From the NCBI GenBank assembly GCA_038087875.1, contig JAXLNO010000501.1, positions 1 to 38,608 on the forward strand: a DNA stretch of 38,608 bases, in the 5' to 3' direction. Below are positions 11,720 to 23,530 of this stretch, in pieces. Position 1 is the first letter of the stretch; every line of letters starts with the position of its first letter. The stretch is from Malacoraja senta. Taxonomy: Eukaryota. The notes beneath the pieces are model-generated. The model was not told the DNA's origin. It did not search any database and saw only the letters and a list, made by a program, of their open reading frames with translations. Position numbers and translations under genes: made by a program.

Positions 11720-12787
11720 ATAATTTAGGCGTAAAGTAGGTGTTTTGCCAAAAACCACAGAGGAGTGTTTATTTTCAAATTCAAATTAAATTCTTCACAT
11801 TAGAACTTGCCCCAATAGTCGTCATAGGCTCTCTGTATCTTTTAGAAAAGGTTGGGTGGTGTTATTTTTGTTTTCTTCACTGGTGTCAAAAGCTAGATGA
11901 TGTTAAATTTGAGCACTAGGGTAGGTTTTTTTTTGTTGTTTTTTTTTTTCTTTTTTTTTTTTTTTGCTCCTCTCCTCTCCTCTCCTCTCCTCTCCTCCTT
12001 CCTTCCTTTCCTCCTTTCCTCCTTCCTTCCTTTCCTCCTTCCTTCCTTTCCTCCTCCCTTTCCTCCTCCCTTTCCTCCTCCCTTTCCTCCTCCCTTTCCT
12101 CCTCCTCCTCCTCCTCCTCCTCCACCTCCTCCTCCTCCTCCTCCTTCTCCTCCTTCTCCTCCTTCTCCTCCTTCTCCTCCTACTTCTTCCTCCTCCTTGA
12201 TCTTAGTTTCAAAGGAGTAGGGATAATGAGGAGCAGCCTTCTCTATCTGTTGGCCTTCCCAGATGTATCTTAAAGGGACAGGACAGTATCATTTCTTCAT
12301 TATTGTTTGTCTTTGTTTCTGGGGAGCTACCTTACCTGAGCTGTGTCTTCTGTCCATTCTCAGGGGTCCACATACTCTTTACCTCATTCCCCAGATAGTA
12401 ATATGCTGCAGATTATACTGTCCTGCAGGCACAACAACTTAGCAACAAGTCAGTACAATAGCTCCTTTCCCTACTCCCGTACCACCTGCGCAATAAGTTA
12501 GTTTCTTCTCTCCCTCGTGCCTGTTCAGTTCTCTTTAGTTCTTATTCTCATTGCCACCAGTTACTATGTTTGCCTTTTTGTAGTCCTTCCTTTTAGTGAG
12601 GTTTCTCGATCCCAATTAGATTCTTTGTGACTCTCTTCCTGGGATTCGGAAGGGGTGGTGTTCTTTCTTGTTCTTATAATGTATTATTATTTTTGGACCA
12701 TGTGAGGATGCCCGCAGATTTCATACTTTATATTAGCTGGCAGATAAGGGCTATCGGAATGGATTAGGCTGCCGGAGTGTCCCGGAG
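11720..12787 (-). mobile_element. Continuation of the ERV internal region (gag end to pro/RT, degenerate)
   Basis: Contiguous with the 3499-3513 TSD once L1 no.1 is removed. The gag frame continues across CR1 no.2 to ...QPNPFR*. Only weak RT-like words remain (INTPLW). Confidence 0.55.
11926..12197 (+). repeat. Compound polypyrimidine microsatellite: T-run, (CTCCT)n, (CCTT)n, (CCT)n
   Basis: Directly visible; source of the spurious poly-P, poly-L and poly-E ORFs. Confidence 0.95.
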
Positions 12788-15700
12788 TGTAGGGGGTAAA
12801 GAAGAAAACAATAATAAACAGAGAATAAGAGGTGGTGGGGTTCTTAAATGGGTGAGCAGAGAAACAGAGGGGTGCAAAATGCGGGCGGAAGCAATAGGTA
12901 GCAAGGTGAAAAGTAAAAGTGGCAGGCAGACAAATCCAGGGCAAAAATCAAAAAGAGCCACTTTCCAACATAATTGTATAAGGGGTAAGAGCGTTGTAAA
13001 AACAAGCCTGAAGGCTTTGTGTCTCAATGCAAGGAGCATTCGTAATAAGGTGGATGAGTTGAACGTGCAGATAGCAATTAATGATTATGATATAGTTGGG
13101 ATCACGGAGACATGGCTCCAGGGTGACCAAGGCTGGGAGCTGAACATCCAGGGATATTCAATATTCAGGAGGGATAGAGAGAAAGGAAAAGGAGGTGGGG
13201 TAGCGTTGCTGGTTAGAGAGGTGATTAACGCAGTGGAAAGGAAGGACATTAGTTGGAGGATGTGGAATCGGTATGGGTAGAGCTACGAAACACTAAGGGG
13301 CAGAAAACGCTGGTGGGTGTTGTGTACAGGCCACCTAGCAGTAGTAGTGAAGTTGGGGATGGCATCAAACAGGAAATTAGAAATGCGTGCAACAAAGGCA
13401 AAACAGTTATAATGGGTGACTTCAATCTACATATAGATTGGGTGAATCAAATTGGCAGGGGTGCTGAGGAAGAGGATTTCTTGGAATGTATGAGGGATAG
13501 TTATCTAAACCAACATGTAGAGGAACCAACGAGAGAGCAGGCTATTCTAGACTGGGTATTGAGTAATGAGGAAGGGTTAGTTAGCAGACTTGTTGTTCGT
13601 GCCCCCTTGGGCAAGAGTGACCATAATATGGTTGAGTTCTTCATTAGGATGGAGAGTGACATTGTTAATTCAGAAACAACGGTTCTGAACTTAAAGAAAG
13701 GTAACTTTGAGGGTATGAGACGTGAATTGGCCAAGATTGACTGGCAATTCGTTCTAAAAGGGTTGACGGTGGATATGCAATGGAAGGCATTTAAAGACTG
13801 CATGGATGAACTACAAAAATTGTTCATCCCAGTTTGGCAAAAGAATAAATCAGGGAAGGTAGTGCATCCGTGGATAACAAGGGAAATCAGGGATAGTATC
13901 AAAGCAATAGATGTTGCGTACAAATTATCCAGAAAAAGCAACATACCAGAGGACTGGGAGAAATTCAGAGACCAGCAGAGGAGGACAAAGGGAAAATAGA
14001 TTATGAAAGGAAACTGGCAGGGTACATTAAAACTGACTGCAAAAGTTTTTATAGATATGTGAAGAGAAAGAGATTAGTTAAAACAAATGTAGGTCCCTTG
14101 CAGTCAGCAACAGGTGAATTGATCATGGGGAACAAGGATATGGCGGACCAATTGAATAACTACTTTGGTTCCGTCTTCACTAAGGAAGACATAAATAATC
14201 TGCCGGAAATAGCAGGGGGCCGCGGGTCAAAGGAGATGGAGGAACTGAGTGAAATCCAGGTTAGTCGGGAAGTGGTGTTGGGGAAATTGAATGGATTAAA
14301 GGCCGATAAATCACCAGGGCCAGATAGGCTGCATCCCAGAGTACTTAAGGAAGTAGCTCTAGAAATAGTGGATGCATTAGTGATAATTTTTCAAAATTCT
14401 TTAGATTCTGGAGTAGTTCCTGAGGATTGGAGGGTAGCAAACGTAACCCCACTTTTTAAGAAGGGAGGGAGAGAGAAAACGGGGAATTACAGACCAGTTA
14501 GTCTAACATCGGTAGTGGGGAACCTGCTAGAGTCAGTTATTAAAGATGGGATAGCAGCACATTTGGAAAGTGGTGAAATCATTGGACAAAGTCAGCATGG
14601 ATTTACGAAAGGTAAATCGTGTCTGACGAATCTTATAGAATATTTCGAGGATGTAACTAGTAGAGTGGATAGGGGAGAACCAGTGGATGTGTTGTATCTG
14701 GACTTTCAGAAGGCTTTCGACAAGGTACCACATAAGAGATTAGGATACAAACTTAAATCACACGGTATTGGGGGTTCAGTATTGATGTAGATAGAGAACT
14801 GGCTGGCAAACAGGAAGCAAAGAGTAGGAGTAAACGGGTCCTTTTCACAATGGCAGGCAGTGACTAGTGGGGTACCGCAAGGCTCAGTGCTGGGACCCCA
14901 GCTATTTACAATTTATATTAATGATCTGGACGAGGGAATTGAAAGCAACATCTCCAAGTTTGCGGATGACACTAAGCTGGGGGAAGTGTTAGCTGTGAGG
15001 AGGATGCTAAGAGACTGCAAGGTGACTTGGATAGGCTGGGTGAGTGGGCAAATGTTTGGCAGATGCAGTATAATGTGGATAAATGTGAGGTTATCCACTT
15101 TGGTGGCAAAAACGGGAAGGCAGACTATTATCTAAATGGTGGCCGATTAGGAAATGGGGAGGTGCAGCGAGACCTGGGTGTCATGGTACACCAGTCATTG
15201 AAAGTAGGCATGCAGGTGCAGCAGGCAGTGAAGAAAGCGAATGGTATGTTGGCCTTCATAGCAAGAGGATTTGAGTATAGGAGCAGGGAGGTTCTACTGC
15301 AGTTGTACAGGGTCTTGGTGAGACCACACCTGGAGTATTGCGTACAGTTTTGGTCTCCAAATCTGAGGAAGGACATTATAGCCATAGAGGGAGTGCAGAG
15401 AAGGTTCACCAGACTGATTCCTGGGATGTCAGGACTTTCATATGAAGAAAGACTGGATAGACTTGGCTTATACTCGCTAGAATTTAGGAGATTGAGAGGG
15501 GATCTTATAGAAACGTACAAAATTCTTATGGGGTTGGACAGGCTAGATGCAGGAAGATTGTTCCCGATGTTGGGGAAGTCCAGGACAAGGGGTCACAGCT
15601 TAAGGATAAGGGGGAAATCCTTTAAGACCGAGATGAGGAAAAACATTTTCACACAGAGAGTGGTGAATCTCTGGAACTCTCTGCCACAGAGGGTAGTTGA

Positions 15701-15897
15701 GGCCAGTTCATTGGCTGTATTTAAGAGGGAGTTAGATGTGGCCCTTGTGGCTAAAGGGATCAGGGGGTATGGAGAGAAGGCAGGTACGGGATACTGAGTT
15801 GGATGATCAGCCATGATCATATTGAATGGCGGTGCAGGCTCGAAGGGCCGAATGGCCTACTCCTGCACCTATTTTCTATGTATCTATGTATCTATGT
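12788..15897 (+). mobile_element. Young CR1 LINE no.2 (ORF2 + 3' UTR), same family as no.1
   Basis: ORFs 12777-13280, 13253-13999, 14059-14790, 14860-15135 and 15027-15797 are nearly identical to the CR1 no.1 translations. FADD is intact but there are frameshifts and a TAG at 14788. (CTATGTAT)n tail. Confidence 0.95.
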
Positions 15898-17003
15898 CCC
15901 TGCTCCCTGATTTTCTGGCCAGTGTCCTCTTCCTCTACTTCGGGGTCCCACTGACTTCTTAGACCCCGTGGCCCTCTTCTTTGCCTCCTTCCTTCTCGGT
16001 ATTCCCTCACAGGGCAAGATCGGCTCCATTGTCCTGATTCCCCACAGTTGTAACGTTGATCAGGTCTAACCTTCTCTCCGAGGAAAAGTTGGCTCTCGGA
16101 TTGGCATGTCTATACACACTTTAAATTCCTCCTCCTCCTTATCCGCCTTTGAAGTTACTTCCCATTTCTGGATTCTTAGTACGGGTGTCTGGAAGGATTT
16201 AGTTGCCGTCGAACCAGGTTGCATTGAAATGTGGACGTCTGTGGCCCGGGGATAATTTCCACCTACTGCGGGATCTAATTCTAAAGGCGGAGTAGGAAGC
16301 TTCCTATTAGGGAATTGCCTAAGGGGAATCTGCTCTATATTAATATCGTCTGGAATTTGCTCTGATCTTATAATATTATCGATGTCAGGATCAGCTACTT
16401 CATAGTCTCCTGCTGTCTCACCCTCAGAAAATGCTCGTTCTGCTACCGGAATCTCTATACTTTAGGAAGGATTCTTTCACTTTCCCACTTGATTTCCCAA
16501 TTAATTTTTGCACCCACTTCTGCGGAACCTTCCTTCTAGCTCCTTGATCCCCCACACTATACTATGCTGGTGAAGCAATCATCGGGGCTAGAGAGTCCTT
16601 TCCCAATTTTCCTACTTTGGATTTGAATTAGTGGGTGGAGTCAAAGATACCACTGACTCCACCCGAGCACCGTGTTCGCAAGCTGCGCAAGGTGTTTCTG
16701 AACTATGAACATGAGAGAGCTGAGAGGAATGCTGTGACTCTGTTCCGAAAAAGTCTGCCCACCCTTGTATATATTGGGCTTCTCTCCCTTCGAGATCCAC
16801 GCTAACCGCGGCACTCTTACTAAATGTAATAAGTTTGATTTTAGTCGGCACCTCCCCTTTAAGAGCCATCTCAGTCATTACTCTTTTAAAAGCTGATGTT
16901 CTCTCCTGCCCCGCTCCTGCTCCTGCTGCTGGTTCCACTATCTTCCTTTCCCTGTTCCGGAATGTCTAGAAAAGGACCAGTTCACTCTTTTTCCATTCTA
17001 ATC
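15898..17003 (-). pseudogene. Degenerate ERV gag remnant, 5' end deleted
   Basis: Minus strand PDQRYNCGESGQWSRSCP (~16011-16065) is a decayed CX2CX4HX4C knuckle followed by a basic tract. Sequence switches to CR1 at ~17004; no PBS or 5' LTR seen. Confidence 0.6.
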
Positions 17004-18270
17004 CTAAAAGAGAAGGTATGTAATATTGCAAAGATTAGTGGGAAGCTAAAGGATTGGGCAGTCACAGTGGCACAGAGGTAGAGTTGCTGCTTTACAGTGA
17101 ATGCAGCGCCAGAGACGCCGATTACAGGTGCTTTGTACGTTCTTTTCGTGACCTGCATGGATTTTCTCCGTGGATCTTTGGTTTCCTCCCACATTCCAAA
17201 GACGTACAGGTTTGTAGGTTAATTGGCTTGATAAATGTAAAAATTGTCCAGTATCAAATTGTCCAACTTCCAATATAGTCCCTGGTGGACTCTTCGGAAG
17301 TGATGACCACGAGGTACAAGGTATGTTTTAAAACCAACGGAAGGCAACTAAAAAGACAATTAGGGGAAAAAAAGCTGAAATATGAATTCATTGTGCCTTT
17401 GGAATGAATTATGTCCTTAATTTGGGTATTGTGATGTTGTTGATGTCCCTACTATTTTTTATTTTTTTATTTTTTATTCTGCTTATATGTTTTGTAATCT
17501 GCTGATCTGCAAGGCATCCTTGAGAGTCTTTGAAAGGCGCCCATAAGTGTAATGATAAATTAAAAAAAAATTAAAAATAAGCTAGCCAATAATAATAAAG
17601 AGGATACCAAACAATTCTTCAGATATATAAGGAGCAAAAGAGTAGCAACAGAGAAGCAAAAGTGGACATTGGACCTCTGGTAAATGACACTAATGAAGTA
17701 GTAATGGGGGAAAAAAGAAATGGCAGATGAATTGAAAATGTTTTTTGTATCATTCTTCACAACGGCCAGGCAACATGCCAGAAATTCAAGAGAGTCAGTG
17801 GATGGAAGTTAGTGGAGTTGCTATTACTATGGAAAAGATGCTTGGGCATCTGAAAAGTCTGAAGCTGGATAACTCATGTGGATTACCCCCAGGGTTCTGA
17901 AACAGGTAGCTTTGGAGATTGTGAAGGCATTAGTGATAATCTTTCATTAATCACTAGAGTCAGGAGTGGTCCCAGATGACTGGGAAATTGCAAATGTTAC
18001 TCCACTATTTAAGAAGGGAGTGAGGCAAAGAGTGGGAACTATAGGCTGGCTAGCCTGACTTCAGTGGTTGGTGAAATTTTAGAGTCCATTATTAAGGATG
18101 AGGTTTCCGAGTACATAGAAGCCCATTATAAAAGAGGCCAAAGTCATCAAGGTTTCGTGAGGGGGAGACCCTGCCTGACAAATCTGTTGGAATTCTTGAA
18201 ATAGCAAGATATACAAAAGAATCAGTGGATGTTATATACTTGGATTTTCAGAAGGTCTTTGACAAGTTTG
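17004..18270 (+). mobile_element. Old CR1 ORF2 fragment, interrupted twice
   Basis: KEKVCNIAKISGKLKDW (17004-17056), a KAT...KYE-like segment (~17325-17388), then degenerate RT including ANVTPLFKKG and LDFQKVFDK (17581-18270). Confidence 0.85.
17056..17250 (+). mobile_element. tRNA-derived SINE, HE1/V-SINE type (5' part)
   Basis: tRNA-like head with A-box-like TGGCACAGAGG and V-domain-like GGTTTCCTCCCACATTCCAAAGACGTACAGG; family recognised from recall. Confidence 0.8.
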
Positions 18271-19216
18271 ACAAAACATTAACTCCACAGATGCGGTTTA
18301 ACTTGCTTGGTGTTTCCAAAATGTTTTGTTGTTCAACAATGTGAACTTTATTTCTCCCTCCACAAATGCTACCTGACTTGCTGTCTATTTGCAGCATATC
18401 TTTTCATTTAGAGATGTGGTCAACAGCAAGCTGGGAAGGAGCACCAGAGATGTGGCAAGAGGAATAACCAGGGGGTAATGACTCGAGCAGCAAGTGTCAG
18501 TGAGAGGAAAGTGAGTGAGCAACAATACAGCAATGGAGTAATAAAGAGTCAGTGAATGTAACAACAAAACGGAACAGCAGCAAAGAGAAAGCAATAAAAC
18601 TATAGCAGGGGGACAGTGAAGCAGCAAAGATTAAGGCATTTGTTTCTTTGAACATGATTTAAAATATTGGGTTCTGTATGGATAATTCAAAAGTGTGTGA
18701 CCCTCAAGATTGGTAGTAATAATAAATCTCTCTCTTTGTAAAAATGCTGTGCAGCTCTGATTGAGAAAACATAAAACAATTGTCCCATTATTCCGTGTAT
18801 TGCTGTTCTTAAAATACATTTGAAAATAATAACTCTCGTTCTTTGTGTGGCAGACTCCTGGCAAAGTAGAAACATTCTAAATATTTTTGTTTTATCCATC
18901 CCATTAAATTCCAGATCCTTCCATACTGATGGCAAGTCAAATCACTTGATTTATAATGGGATGAGATTGGTCCTGAGCAAACCTTCACACTAGACATGTT
19001 ATAAAGGAGCAGGAGACATCCTTATTCAGTGTGTTTATTAGTGGTATTCTTCAGAATACCTGCCCTACTGCATACCCCCCCACCACCCCCCTCCCCCCCC
19101 CCCCCGCCCGCCCAATCTGCTACATAATTTTTCTAGCCACATTCAGATATTTATGCATCATCTTATTGGCAATGAGTCAAATTGTGAATAACTTGACCAG
19201 CTTTGGGCCACAATAT

Positions 19217-19395
19217 GTGTAGGAAGGATCTGCAAATGCTGATTTACACTGAAGATAGACACAACTCAGCGGGTCAGGCAGAAAATCTGGAGAAAAATAA
19301 TTGGTGACGTTTTGGGTTTAGATCCTTCTTTAGAAATCAAGATCTCCAGAGATGCTCCCTGACCCGCTGAGTTACTCTATCCTTTTATGTCTAAT
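19217..19395. mobile_element. Two Penelope-type terminal segments in inverted orientation
   Basis: ACTCAGCGGGTCAGG (~19265) and CCTGACCCGCTGAGT (~19358) are reverse complements; a decayed hammerhead core lies between them on the minus strand. Confidence 0.65.
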
Positions 19396-20060
19396 ATGCT
19401 AACAATATACAGTACCTGTGACAATATTCTTGAAATAAAAAAATACATCAGCTGGAGCACAGGAATCTTTCACTGAGTTGATCAAATCTTCCAGCAGTGA
19501 TTGATATGTGTCTCAATACGTTGAGCAGAGTATTCTGTATAACATAAATGTTCAGGAGAAACATGACAACGATTCCTGAATATCTGTCCAACCTTATTGA
19601 CATATAGACATTCCAGAAGTAGGTACCCGGTTATAAAAATTGGCCCCTATCATTCCCTCCACCCGCACTACTACTGTTCGCATACATTCTTCAGTCGCAA
19701 TTTGGCATAAAGCCAGACATTCATACCTTATACTCATAAGGAAACAGTTGCTGCAAGCCACTGACCTAAATGCAAATTACATCTGCAATATTCTCTAAAT
19801 ACCAAGTGAAGTGGTAGCTCTATATAGTAGATGGAAAGGATAATAGTAAATTTCATGTTGTGAATTACTTACTTTCTGATATTCAAAAGGATTCTTTGAA
19901 TGTGCCTACGGAATAATCTCCAAACTCTGAAAAATATGATAAAAGCCAGTTTTATTCTCGGGAGTATAAAAATGAAACACTGCCTCCACAATTAAAGTCA
20001 TACATCCCCTGCTGTATCACTGGAATGGATAAAGTCAGCTTTGATGTAGTGGTAGAACAA

Positions 20061-20085
20061 TCTCTATACCTATAAAAGTCTGATC

Positions 20086-20118
<33 letters not shown>

Positions 20119-20694
20119 TGTCTGTCTGTATTCATTGTATATTCCTCAAACCGCTATGCGCTAACGCTTAAATGTTTACATATTCTTACTCACATTTTCC
20201 CCCTCCACGACCTCATCAGGGTCACTTCAGATTTCATGCTCTATTTCAAAAGTTATTCGTGATTAAAGTTTAAAAAAAAGGCCAAAAACCACTTCTCAAA
20301 GAGAGCCTTATTCCAGCAGCTTCAAATGATGATGTCACAATGCCACTCACAGTGCACCAATCACAATTGGCTCTCAAGCTGCCAATTTGGGGATCTCCCT
20401 GTCGGTTTTCTCCTGGGCCTCGTCGAGATGGCCATTCGCGGGTCCCCCCCGCCCCCCCGCCCCCCCCACACCCCACAACCCCCACACCCCAACCCCCCTC
20501 CTGACCCCCCTCAGCCCCCGCCAACCCCCCCTCCAACCCATCCCTGCTCCCCGCCCCCTCCCCCCCACCCCTGCCCCCCCTCCCCCCAACATGTAGACGA
20601 TTGATTGCTCCATAAATTCCATAAATTTCCTTGCGGGGGGTGATGGGGGTGATTGGCTCTGGGGAGCGCCTGTCTCCATAAATAATAGATCTAG
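20061..20694 (+). mobile_element. Probable non-autonomous Helitron relative with (TG)n and a C-rich tract
   Basis: The 5' end A|TCTCTATACCTATAAAAGTCTGATCTTG resembles the Helitron at 35719. The 3' end is uncertain: CTAG at 20691-20694 is followed by A and the hairpin is weak. Confidence 0.55.
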
Positions 20695-21059
20695 ATTATT
20701 TCAAACCATATTAGCCTTTTTTACCCAAGGAAGTGAGCAGAGGGAGTAGTGGCCTCAAAAATGGACTGTGAAGATTCCAATTTTTGATCTATTTACAGAG
20801 ATGTTAATTTTCATTCGTGATGGAGCAGATCTTTCTTTTCATTTCCTAGGTACAGTTTTTTTCCTGCCATTTCAGACTGATCATCCATACTTCGTGACAG
20901 AAGCTAATAGAGATAAGATAATCATGAATCTGGGGGGAAATAAATAGAAATGTTTGGATCTTGCCAATAAAAACTTCCATGAAAGATAACTCATTAGGGT
21001 CAGTAAGAAGTTTTATTTATTCCCATACATGAAATAGTTATTAGCTCCTTTAGATATTC

Positions 21060-21353
21060 AAATAAAGAAACTAGTTGACCATTGGTCCAACAATGGATCA
21101 GTGTGGTCTCCAACTTCCCTTGATCGTGTTGCTGGCTTTGATCTGTCTTTTTGCATATCATTCATTCATTTGTTCTATGTACCTTTTCATATCTCTCGTT
21201 TCCCTCTCCCCTGACTCTCAGTCGGAAGAAGGGTCTTGACCCAAAATGTCGCCTATTCCATTTTTTCAGAGATGCTACCTGACCCCCTGAGTTCCTTCAG
21301 CTTTTTGTGTCTATGTTTGGTGTAAAGCAGCATCTGCAGTTGCTTCCTGCACA
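21060..21353 (+). mobile_element. Penelope-type terminal segment with decayed hammerhead core
   Basis: CAGTCGGAAGAAGGGTCTTGACCCAAAATGTC followed by AGATGCTACCTGACC...GAGTT; same motif family as 19217, 24300 and 32390. Confidence 0.65.
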
Positions 21354-21449
21354 ACTAGTTGCCTTTGTTTATCTTTCTCACTTGGTTTACTCTGACGCAG
21401 CACATGTTTGCCTATCTCTTGATCGACAACAAAACGTAATGTATAGAAT

Positions 21450-21838
21450 AATAGAAATGTACAAAATTCTTAAGGGGTTGGACAGGCTAGATGCAGGAAG
21501 ATTGTTCCCGATGTTGGGGAAGTCCAGAACAAGGGGTCACAGTTTAAGGATAAGGGGGAAATCTTTTAGGACCGAGATGAGGAAAACATTTTTCACACAG
21601 AGAGTGGTGAATCTCTGGAATTCTCTGCCACAGAAGGTAGTTGAGGCCAGTTCATTGGCTATATTTAAGAGGGAGTTAGATGTGGCCCTTGTGGCTAAAG
21701 GGATCAGGGGTATGGAGAGAAAGCAGGTACAGGATACTGTTGGATGATCAGACATGATCATATTGAATGGCGGTGCAGGCTCGAAGGGTCGAATGGCCTA
21801 CTCCTGCACCTATTTTCTATGTTTCTATGTTTCTATGT
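21450..21838 (+). mobile_element. CR1 3' fragment
   Basis: YKILKGLDRLDAGRLFP...FTQRVVNLWNSLP; (TTCTATGT)3 tail. Confidence 0.93.
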
Positions 21839-21989
21839 ATAATCAGACCGCAAGAAATGGAAAATACAGCAGAAGTTTTGTAATCTAAAATCAAACCAAT
21901 TCATTATTTTCATTAATTCTTACATCAACCAAAACCACATCTCAGGTCATTTGGACATTGTGATAAACATTAATCCCAATGACTTACGT

Positions 21990-23330
21990 AGAACATAGAA
22001 CATTGAACAGAACAGAATAGGAATGGGTCCTTTGGACCACAATGTTTGTGTCGAACATGATGCCAATTTAAACCGATTTCATCTGCATGTACATGATCCA
22101 TATCCCTCTATACCCTGTACTTCCAATTGCCCCGGACGTCTGCATTAAACGTTCCCCCTTTCACCTTATAGCTGTGCCCTCCAGTGTTGGACATTTCCAC
22201 TTAGGGAAAAAGGTTCTGACTGTCAAGTCAATCTATGCATCTCATAATTTTACATACTTCTGTCAAGGCTTCCATCCACCTCTGACATTACAGAGGAAAC
22301 ATTCCAAGTCTATCCAACCTCTCCCTGTATTTGAAACCCTCTAATCCAGGCAGCATTCTGGTAAACTAGGATAGCGATAGTGTATAGGTGTCGCTGGTTG
22401 GTGCAGACTCAGTGGACCTAAGGGCCTGTTTCCACGCTGTATCTCTAAACTAAACTAAAACTAAACTAAACCTCCTCTGCACCCTCTCCAAAGCTTCCAC
22501 ATCTTTCCTGTAATGGGTAGACCAGAACTGCATGCAATACTCAAAAAGCGGCTGAACCAAGGTTCTGTAGAGGTCCATCATGAATTCCTGATTCTCATAT
22601 TCAATGACCCTAGCAATGGAGGCAAGCATACCACATGCCTTCTTTACCACCCTATCTACTTGTGCTGCCATCTTCAATGAGCCATTAACTTGGATTCCAA
22701 GATCCCCCTGCATTCCTCAGTATCTGCAACTACTCCAATTTTTATGTCATCAGCAAACTTACTCATCAACCTATCTACATTTACATCCATTTTTATATAT
22801 CACAGAGAGCAGAGGTCCCAGCACAGATCCCCGTGGAATCCTGCTGGTCACAGACCTCCAGCCACAATGTCTTCCTTCAACTACAACCCTATGTCTTCTA
22901 TGAATGTCAGTTCTGAATCCTTATGATCAAGTCATCATCAATCCCGTACATCTTAATCTTCTGGATCAGCATATCTTTTCAAAAGCCTTACTAAAATCTA
23001 TGTATAAAACATTCACCATCTTACCTTCATCAATCTCCTTCGTCACCTTCTCAGAAAAAGGAACCAACTTAGTAAGGCATGATCTGCTCTATATAATGCT
23101 GTGCTGACTATCCCAAATGTGCACTTTCGCTTCCAAATGGGAGTAAATTGTATCTCAAAGAATTTGAGTTTCCCTACCATTGACGTGAGGCTTACTGACC
23201 TCTAGTCCCTAGATTCTCTCCATTTCCCTTCTTAAACAAAGGAACAACATTAGCCACTCTCCAGTCCCCACCTGTGGATAGAAAAGAAACAAAGATCCTT
23301 GTGAAGGCCCCCACAATCTCCTCTCTTTCC
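21990..23330 (-). mobile_element. Older CR1 subfamily fragment (RT C-terminus + 3' UTR)
   Basis: ORF 22450-22713 reads DLGIQV...VVKKACGML...LERVQRRF; AGAACATAGAACAT tail at ~21990. Confidence 0.85.
22367..22471 (+). mobile_element. 3' end of an HE1-type SINE with (CTAAA)n tail, inserted in CR1
   Basis: GGGCCTGTTTCCACGCTGTATCTC(TAAAC)n; the host CR1 resumes on both sides with TAAAC overlap. Confidence 0.75.
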
Positions 23331-23339
23331 TCCTCTTCA

Positions 23340-23530
23340 GATGGGTCTGGAGTCACATACAGTCCAGCCTGGGTAAAGATGGTAGATTTCTTTCCGTAAA
23401 GGGCATTAGTGAACCAAATGATTTTTACATTACCGTAATTAGCCGGGGTTTTTTTTTAAGTCCAGATGAGCTGAATTTAAATTCCGCACTTGCCATGGTT
23501 GGTTTTGAAATCATGACTTTGGATCAATGG
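23340..23530 (-). mobile_element. Ancient SINE-like fragment (family not assigned)
   Basis: Minus strand GGTTCACTAATGCCCTTTACGGAAAGAAATCTACC...GTGACTCCAGACCC resembles a conserved old vertebrate SINE body; from recall only. Confidence 0.5.

Noticed and set aside
11897..12220. Poly-Pro, poly-Leu and poly-Glu ORFs
   Set aside because: Translations of a microsatellite.
17280..17310. Possible PBS or 5' LTR of the ERV
   Set aside because: No copy of the 1631-2387 LTR follows, and CR1 sequence already resumes at ~17004.
19415..19540. Possible minus-strand host exon with acceptor- and donor-like sites
   Set aside because: All three frames between the candidate sites contain stops.
20270..20679. 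Pro/Gly-rich ORFs
   Set aside because: Produced by a C-run tract; no domain signal.
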